Part shown: positions 58,104-64,000 of the stretch, piece by piece | Position numbering within the stretch: position 1 is the stretch's first letter | Layout of the letters: each line of letters opens with the position of its first letter | NCBI GenBank assembly: GCA_044229975.1 | Contig: JBGARZ010000001.1 | Coordinates: 512,001-576,000 of the forward strand | Reading direction: 5' to 3' | Length of the DNA stretch: 64,000 bases | Origin: Polyangiales bacterium | Lineage (GTDB): Bacteria > Myxococcota_A > Polyangia > Polyangiales > Ga0077539 | Made by a program: the position numbers and the translations under genes | The notes under the pieces: generated by a model | Databases searched by the model: none | What the model was told of the DNA's origin: nothing | The model's input: the letters and a program-made list of their open reading frames with translations, nothing else

Positions 58104-60227
58104 GTGGCTGGACGTGACGACGCGCGCGGCGAGGCGGTGGAAGCCTTCCTCTCGAAGACCCTCCTGCTGCGGGAGTGTGAGGCCGCGGTCATCGCCAAGG
58201 TCGCGCCGCACCTCGTGGTGAGCGAGCACCCGGCGGGCACCACGCTCGTGCGCGCAGGATCACCCTCCGACGGCATCTCGCTGCTGCGACGCGGGCGCGC
58301 GACGGCCTCGCTCGTCCACGCCATGACCGGCGCCAGCACCCCGTTGGAGACGCTCAACCCGGGCGATCACTTCGGCGACGTGGGCGCCCTCACCCGCGCG
58401 GCCCACGCCTACACCGTCGTCGCCGACGAGGGCTGCGTGGTCATGCGGATGAAGCCCGAGCTCGTCGAGGCGCTGCTCACGCGCGTTCCGCAGTTCTCCC
58501 TCGCGCTCGCGCGGCGGCTCGCCACCCGAACGGTGCAGCTCGGCGCCATCACCCTGCGTGCTTCGTCGGCCGCGACGCCCTCCGCGGTGCGCGCCCCGAC
58601 GCCCGCCCTCGGCGTCGATGCTCCGCGGCGCCCCGCCCCGGTGTCCGCCGTCGGGGCGAGCGCCGACGTCGGGTCGGGGGTGATTCCCTTCGTGGAGGTC
58701 AGCGACTTCGACCCGTCGCCCAAGGTCGTGGGGATGCTGCCCGCGAAGCTCATCCTCCAACACCGCGCCATGCCGCTGCGGCTCCAGGGCAACAAGCTCC
58801 TCGTGGGCATGGTGCTGCCCCGCAACGCCGCTGCGCTGGCCGACCTCCGGCGCGTGCTGCACACCGTCGACTTCGAGGTGGCGGCCGTCTCGCTCGAAGA
58901 CTTCGCCCACGCGGTGCTGCGCTACAAGGTCGACACCCCGCGCGGCCCCGAGAGCGCCCGCGACGCGCTGGTGGTGGTGTCGCCCGACTCGCTCTCCTTC
59001 GACGCGTCCGACAGCGAGCGCGAGCCCGACAAGGTCGCGCGCGTGGTGGGCGACGAGGTGGTGCGCGCCGTCAACCGCATCATCGCCGCGGGCCTCACCC
59101 GCGAGGCGTCGGACATCCACATCGAGCCCGAGGCGTCGGGCGTGAAGGTGCGCTTCCGCGTGCACGGGATGCTGCACGAGTGGTCGGAGGTCCCGCCGCC
59201 GTCGTTTGCGCGGGGCATCGCGGCGCGGCTCAAGGTGCTGTCCGGGCTCGACATCACCAACACGCGCACACCCCAGGACGGGCGCATCGGCCTCGCGTCC
59301 GGGGCGCGCGAGCTCGACCTGCGCATCTCGACCCTGCCCAGCAGCCGCGGCGAGAAGGTGGTGCTGCGGGTGTTCGAGGGCGCCGGGATGATGCGCCCGC
59401 TGGAGCAGATCTTCACCGACCCGGGCGCGCTCAACGCCGTGCGCAAGGCGCTGCAACGGCCGCACGGGGCCATCATCGTCGCGGGGGCCACCGGGTCGGG
59501 CAAGAGCTCGTCGCTCTACTCGATGCTCAACGAGCGACGCCGCACGCGCCCCGACACCAACGTGATGCTCATCGAAGACCCCATCGAGTACCGGCTCCAG
59601 GGGGTCACGCAGGTGCAGATCAACGCCAACGCGGGCCTCGGCTTCGCGCAGGTGCTGCGCGCGGCGCTGCGGCAGGACCCCGACGTCATCGCGGTGGGCG
59701 AGACGCGCGACGCGGACACGGCGCACATGGCGCTGGAGGCCGCGATGACGGGCCACCTGGTGCTGACGTCCACGCACGCCAACGACGTGACGTCGGTGCT
59801 GCAGCGCCTGGAGAGCCTCGGCTGCGGTCGAACGCTCGTCGCCGAGGCGCTCTCCTTCGTGCTGGTGCAGCGGCTCGCGCGGCGGCTGTGCAGCAACTGC
59901 GTGCGGCTCGATCAGGTGCCGCCCGCGCTGATGGAAAACCTCGTGGCGCGGCGGCTGGTCGACCGGGGGAGCCAGGTTCCGTTGCCGCGTCCGGTGGGGT
60001 GCGACCTGTGCCAGCAGACGGGCTATCAGGGGCGCATGCCGGTGGTGGAGTGGTGGCAGGTCAACGCCGACGCGAGGGACGCGCTCATCGCGGGCGCGGC
60101 GCCCACCGAGGTGTTGAAGGCGGCGGCCGAGGCGAAGGTGTTTCAGTCCTTCGGGAGCACGGCGGCGTACCTGATGGCGCGCAAGCTCCTGGGTACGAGC
60201 GAGGCGCTCATGGCGGTCGCAGGCTGA
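58104..60227 (+). CDS. cNMP-binding-domain / PilB-GspE family extension ATPase fusion
   Basis: N-terminal cNMP fold 'HPAGTTLVRAG..LNPGDHFGD', T2SSE_N-like domain, 'ASDIHIEP', 'PQDGRI', Walker A GATGSGKS, 'IEDPIEY', 'LRQDPDVIAVGE', 'TGHLVLTSTHA', CxxC..CxxC. Confidence 0.9.
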   Translation: MAGRDDARGEAVEAFLSKTLLLRECEAAVIAKVAPHLVVSEHPAGTTLVRAGSPSDGISLLRRGRATASLVHAMTGASTPLETLNPGDHFGDVGALTRAAHAYTVVADEGCVVMRMKPELVEALLTRVPQFSLALARRLATRTVQLGAITLRASSAATPSAVRAPTPALGVDAPRRPAPVSAVGASADVGSGVIPFVEVSDFDPSPKVVGMLPAKLILQHRAMPLRLQGNKLLVGMVLPRNAAALADLRRVLHTVDFEVAAVSLEDFAHAVLRYKVDTPRGPESARDALVVVSPDSLSFDASDSEREPDKVARVVGDEVVRAVNRIIAAGLTREASDIHIEPEASGVKVRFRVHGMLHEWSEVPPPSFARGIAARLKVLSGLDITNTRTPQDGRIGLASGARELDLRISTLPSSRGEKVVLRVFEGAGMMRPLEQIFTDPGALNAVRKALQRPHGAIIVAGATGSGKSSSLYSMLNERRRTRPDTNVMLIEDPIEYRLQGVTQVQINANAGLGFAQVLRAALRQDPDVIAVGETRDADTAHMALEAAMTGHLVLTSTHANDVTSVLQRLESLGCGRTLVAEALSFVLVQRLARRLCSNCVRLDQVPPALMENLVARRLVDRGSQVPLPRPVGCDLCQQTGYQGRMPVVEWWQVNADARDALIAGAAPTEVLKAAAEAKVFQSFGSTAAYLMARKLLGTSEALMAVAG

Positions 60228-60234
60228 GGGGCCA

Positions 60235-63150
60235 ATGGACAATCCGATCGTCGTAGCGGTGCTGCTCGCGGTGGTGGTGGGCCTCGTCGTGGTGCTGCAA
60301 CGGCAGCGCGCGGCGAAGGCGAAGTCGGCGCGGGGCGAGGTCGACGGGATGGCCGCGCTGCTCGACAAGGGGCAGTACGCCGAGGCGGCGCAGCTCGCGA
60401 TCCGCAACGACCGCTTCGCCGAGGCGGTCGACCTGTACCTCCGCGCCAACGACCCGGCCCGCGCGGCGCAGGTCGCGTCGCGCATGGGCAACCTGCGGCA
60501 GGCGGGCGAGCTCTACGAGCGGGCGGGCGACAGCGAGCGCGCGGCGCTGAGCTACGACAAGGCGGGCATGGCCGACCGGGCCAGGGCGCTGCGCGGCGCC
60601 ACCGCGGCGACGACGACGACCGAGGGCGACGCGAAGGCGCGGGCGCGCGACGCAGAGGGCCGCTACCACGCGCTGCGGGCGAAGGCGGCGGGCGACCCGA
60701 CGCGGACCTTCGAGGTGCAGCAGGCGGCGCAGGGCGCGGCCGAAGAGCTGTTGGCCGTCGGTGAAGTGACGCGCGCGGCGGAGCTGTACCGCGAGGCCGA
60801 CATGATCGACGAGGCGGTGCACCTCTACGTCAACGTGCTCGGAACGCCCGGCGCAGCGGCTCCGCTGGTGGCGGCGCGCGGGTTTCATGAGCGCGCGGCC
60901 GAGCTCTACGAGCTGGCCGGGCAGGGCGAGCGGGCGGCGGTCATCTGGGCCGACGCCGCGCGCAAGAGCCCCGACTCGGACAAGCTGCTCGATCGGGTCG
61001 AGGCGCTCTCGCTCGCGGTGGCCAACACGCTGCTGCGGGAGCTCATCGCGACGCGGCCGCTCAGCAAGACGACGGCGCCGCTGCACTACCGCTACGGCAC
61101 CGTGCTGGAGAAGGCCGGCGAGGTGGACCGGGCCATCGAGGTGTTCATGGCGCTCCAGGGGAGCGTGGCCGGGTACCGCGACGTGGAGAAGCGGGTGCGT
61201 CGGCTGGCGCGCGGCGAGGGTGTCTCCATGAAGGCGCCGGGGGTGCCGAGAGACCTGGTGTCGACCGGCAAGCACAACTTCGCGGTGCCCCAGAACACGG
61301 AGGGAGGCATCGGGCGCGAGGACGCGTCGCGGATGGTGCGCGAGGCGACGAAGGCCGCCGCCGCGAGGGCGAGGCGAGCGAGCAGCCTGCCGCCGCCCGC
61401 GGAGCCCAGGAGCCCGCCGCAGCAGGTGGTGCACATCACGCAGGTGGTGATCCAGGGGAGGCCCGGGCACCCCGATCGACCGCTCGCGCGGGGTCTGGAG
61501 GACAGCCCCATCGGGCTCGGCGCGCTCTACGACGACGCGGTGCGCGCGGCGAAGGAGGGGCCGTCCATCGAGTCGCTCCAGGGAATGGTCGGCGACCGGC
61601 CGTGCGACCTCGGCAACATCGAGGTGTTCTATCGACTGGGTCTGGCGGCGCTGGCGTCGGGCGACTGGTCGCGGGCGCAGTCGTGCTTCGCCGCGGTGGA
61701 GGAGGCGTCGCCGGGGTACCGCGACGCGGGCGCGCGGGTGTTGGAGCTCGCGGGCTGGCAGTCGATGCTGGCGCGCAAGATGTCGGTGGTGGGCGCGCGG
61801 AAGAACGAGGCGCTCGACGCGGCGACGAGCCGCTACGAGGTGAAGGGCGAGCTCGGTCGCGGCGGCATGGCGGTGGTGTACCGCGCGACGGACACGGTGC
61901 TCGGGCGCGAGGTGGCGCTGAAGTTCTTGTCGGAGGAGCTGAGCGCGCAGGGCGAGATGCGCGAGATGTTTCAGCGCGAGGCGCGCTCGGTGGCGCAGCT
62001 CAACCACCCCAACATCGTGACCATCCACGACAGCGGCGTGATCGAGGGGCGGATGTTCATGGCGATGGAGCTCGTCGAGGGGCGCACCGTCGACGCGGTC
62101 ATCGAGGCGGAGGGGAAGATCGCCGTCCTGGAGGCGCTGCGCGTCACGAAGCAGGTGCTGGAGGCGCTGGAGTTCGCGCACGAGCGGCAGTTCATCCACC
62201 GCGACATCAAGCCGTCCAACATGATGCGGAGCTCGGCGGGGACGGTGAAGCTCATGGACTTCGGGCTCGCGAAGTCCGTCACCCAGGGCAACAAGAGCTC
62301 GATGATCGCGGGGACGCCCGCGTACATGCCGCCCGAGCAGTTCATCGGCGTGGGCGTCGACCTGCGCAGCGACCTCTTCGCGGTGGGCGCGACGCTCTAC
62401 GAGATGCTCACCGGCGTCCTCCCCTTCGAGGGCATGGACCGCAAGAAGCGCCCGCGGCCGCCGCGCGAGATCACGCCGGGCGTGCCCGAGATGATCGACA
62501 AGATGATCTTGCAGGCGCTCGACTTCGACCCCGACAAGCGCTTCCAGAGCGCGGCGGAGTTCCTGGTTCCCATCAAGCGGGTGATCTTCGCGGTGGACAA
62601 GGCCACGCGCGGCAGCCCGATGCCCGAGCCCAGCTCTCCGCCGGAGACCCTCTCGGCAGCCCTCGCGGCGGTGCTCTCGGAGACCTCCGTGCGCCCGCTG
62701 GCGGAGACGCGCGTCGACGTCCCGAAGAAGTCAGCGCCCTCCACCGAAGAGACCGTCGCGGTCATTGAGACGAAGGCCGACCCGATCGCGGACCCGATCG
62801 CCGACGCGGCCGCCGTCGCCTCCGCGGAGACCCTGCTGGGCATCCCCGTCGAAGCACCTGCGCCGCCTGTCGACACCGTCGTCGAAGCGCCGACCGAGTC
62901 TGCGGCGCCCGTCGTCGAGGCGCCGACCGAGACCATCGTCGAAGCGGCGCCTCCCGTGCAGTCGCTCGTCAGCACTCCGGCGGCGGCCGATGGTTTCATC
63001 GAGTTCGGCGCGCCCCTCACGCCTCCGCCCGCGGCCGCTCCCGACGCACCCGCCGCGCTGAAGGAGACCGTCGCGTACGACCCCTTCGAGGGCATCGACG
63101 AGGCCGACCGGATGCCGCCGACGGTTCCGCCGAAGACGCCGGAGGCGTGA
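60235..63150 (+). CDS. Membrane-anchored TPR-like repeat Ser/Thr protein kinase
   Basis: N-terminal TM; 'A.ELYE.AG' repeats; kinase motifs 'LGRGGMAVVY', VALK, HRDIKPSN, DFGLA, 'GTPAYMPPE'; acidic Pro-rich tail. Confidence 0.9.
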   Translation: MDNPIVVAVLLAVVVGLVVVLQRQRAAKAKSARGEVDGMAALLDKGQYAEAAQLAIRNDRFAEAVDLYLRANDPARAAQVASRMGNLRQAGELYERAGDSERAALSYDKAGMADRARALRGATAATTTTEGDAKARARDAEGRYHALRAKAAGDPTRTFEVQQAAQGAAEELLAVGEVTRAAELYREADMIDEAVHLYVNVLGTPGAAAPLVAARGFHERAAELYELAGQGERAAVIWADAARKSPDSDKLLDRVEALSLAVANTLLRELIATRPLSKTTAPLHYRYGTVLEKAGEVDRAIEVFMALQGSVAGYRDVEKRVRRLARGEGVSMKAPGVPRDLVSTGKHNFAVPQNTEGGIGREDASRMVREATKAAAARARRASSLPPPAEPRSPPQQVVHITQVVIQGRPGHPDRPLARGLEDSPIGLGALYDDAVRAAKEGPSIESLQGMVGDRPCDLGNIEVFYRLGLAALASGDWSRAQSCFAAVEEASPGYRDAGARVLELAGWQSMLARKMSVVGARKNEALDAATSRYEVKGELGRGGMAVVYRATDTVLGREVALKFLSEELSAQGEMREMFQREARSVAQLNHPNIVTIHDSGVIEGRMFMAMELVEGRTVDAVIEAEGKIAVLEALRVTKQVLEALEFAHERQFIHRDIKPSNMMRSSAGTVKLMDFGLAKSVTQGNKSSMIAGTPAYMPPEQFIGVGVDLRSDLFAVGATLYEMLTGVLPFEGMDRKKRPRPPREITPGVPEMIDKMILQALDFDPDKRFQSAAEFLVPIKRVIFAVDKATRGSPMPEPSSPPETLSAALAAVLSETSVRPLAETRVDVPKKSAPSTEETVAVIETKADPIADPIADAAAVASAETLLGIPVEAPAPPVDTVVEAPTESAAPVVEAPTETIVEAAPPVQSLVSTPAAADGFIEFGAPLTPPPAAAPDAPAALKETVAYDPFEGIDEADRMPPTVPPKTPEA

Positions 63151-63214
63151 GCGGCGCTTCGGTGCTAGCGAGACGGCCGTGTCAGGTCAGCCCGAGAGCG
63201 TAGGTCCGCGCGAG

Positions 63215-64000
63215 GTGGTCTTCGGCTGGCGCGACCGGATGCGGGCCGCGCCCGAGGTCGGGCTCAACGCGTGGCGAGCGCTGGGCCTCGTCGCGCAGGC
63301 CGATCGGGGATTGCTCGCGCGGCTCGTCGCGGGGCAGCTCCTCGATGCGGCGCTCACCGTGGCCATCACCGCGGTGGGCCCGAAGATCATCGACGCCATC
63401 GTCGGTCACGCCTCGCGGGCGGCGCTCACCTGGGTCGCGCTCGAGCTCCTCCTCGTGCTCGCCCGCACCGGCACCACCCAATGGAACACCTACACCGGCG
63501 TGATGCTCCGCTCTCGCCTGGGGCTCCACGTCAACCTGCTGATCCTGCGTAAATCCGCCAACGTCTCGTATCCGCACTTCGAAGACCCGACCTTCATCAA
63601 CCAGCTCACGCAGGCCCGCCGCGAGGCGACTGCGCGCCCCGTCGACCTCGTCAACCAGACCCTCGCGGTGCTGCGCAACACCGTCACCCTCACGGGCTAC
63701 GCCGCGCTCCTGTGGTCGCTCGGGCCGTGGGCCTTCGTGGTGCTCGTGCTCACCGGTCTGCCGCCGTTCTTGTCGGAGACGCGCCACGGCCGCGAGCTCT
63801 TCGCGCTCCAACGCGCGCGCACGCAGCGCAACCGCCAGGGCAACTACCTGGAGACGACCCTCACCACCGAGAGCACGGTGAAGGAGGTGAAGCTCCTCGG
63901 GCTCTCGCAGTGGATCATCGAGCGCTACCGGGTCCTCCACGAGGGCTTCCACGCCGAGGAGAAGGCGCTCCACGGACGACGCGCGCGCTGGTCCGTTGGG
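63215..64000 (+). CDS. ABC transporter permease/ATP-binding protein, 3'-truncated by the window edge
   Basis: Own translation (not in the ORF track): 'AWRALGLV..VGPKIIDAIV..YPHFEDPTFINQLTQARREA..VKEVKLLGL', an ABC exporter TM domain. Start GTG 63215 or ATG 63239. Confidence 0.8.
   Translation, partial: MVFGWRDRMRAAPEVGLNAWRALGLVAQADRGLLARLVAGQLLDAALTVAITAVGPKIIDAIVGHASRAALTWVALELLLVLARTGTTQWNTYTGVMLRSRLGLHVNLLILRKSANVSYPHFEDPTFINQLTQARREATARPVDLVNQTLAVLRNTVTLTGYAALLWSLGPWAFVVLVLTGLPPFLSETRHGRELFALQRARTQRNRQGNYLETTLTTESTVKEVKLLGLSQWIIERYRVLHEGFHAEEKALHGRRARWSVG

Overview
Very GC-rich, gene-dense bacterial DNA with about 50 CDS and no rRNA, tRNA, CRISPR array or transposase that I could see. 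Gene content (Hanks kinases, TSP3-OmpA, RCC1 and HEAT lipoproteins, a short-OPX polysaccharide locus, pilMNOPQ) suggests a myxobacterium (Myxococcota); this is inference. Core blocks: rimP-nusA-ylxR/L7Ae-infB-DUF503-rbfA-truB, pilM-N-O-P-Q-aroC-aroKB, glgC, slyD and epmB. Accessory blocks: a nucleotide-carrier/HEAT/cNMP protein plus a WD40 kinase, an exopolysaccharide cluster (beta-barrel, copolymerase, short OPX, glycosyltransferases), a P450, and an ECF sigma with a putative anti-sigma. Most notable: (1) a bacterial metallophosphoesterase collinear with eukaryotic lariat-debranching enzyme Dbr1; (2) a cNMP-domain PilB/GspE ATPase next to a TPR kinase, plus an FHA-repeat-degenerate CpaF ATPase upstream of the pil operon; (3) a PAS histidine kinase broken by an internal deletion with frameshift; (4) a 160-bp long inverted-repeat element with a related motif 52 kb away; (5) a recurring TAnnnT-N6-8-start signature of leaderless transcription. 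All calls come from reading motifs by eye; no database search was run.
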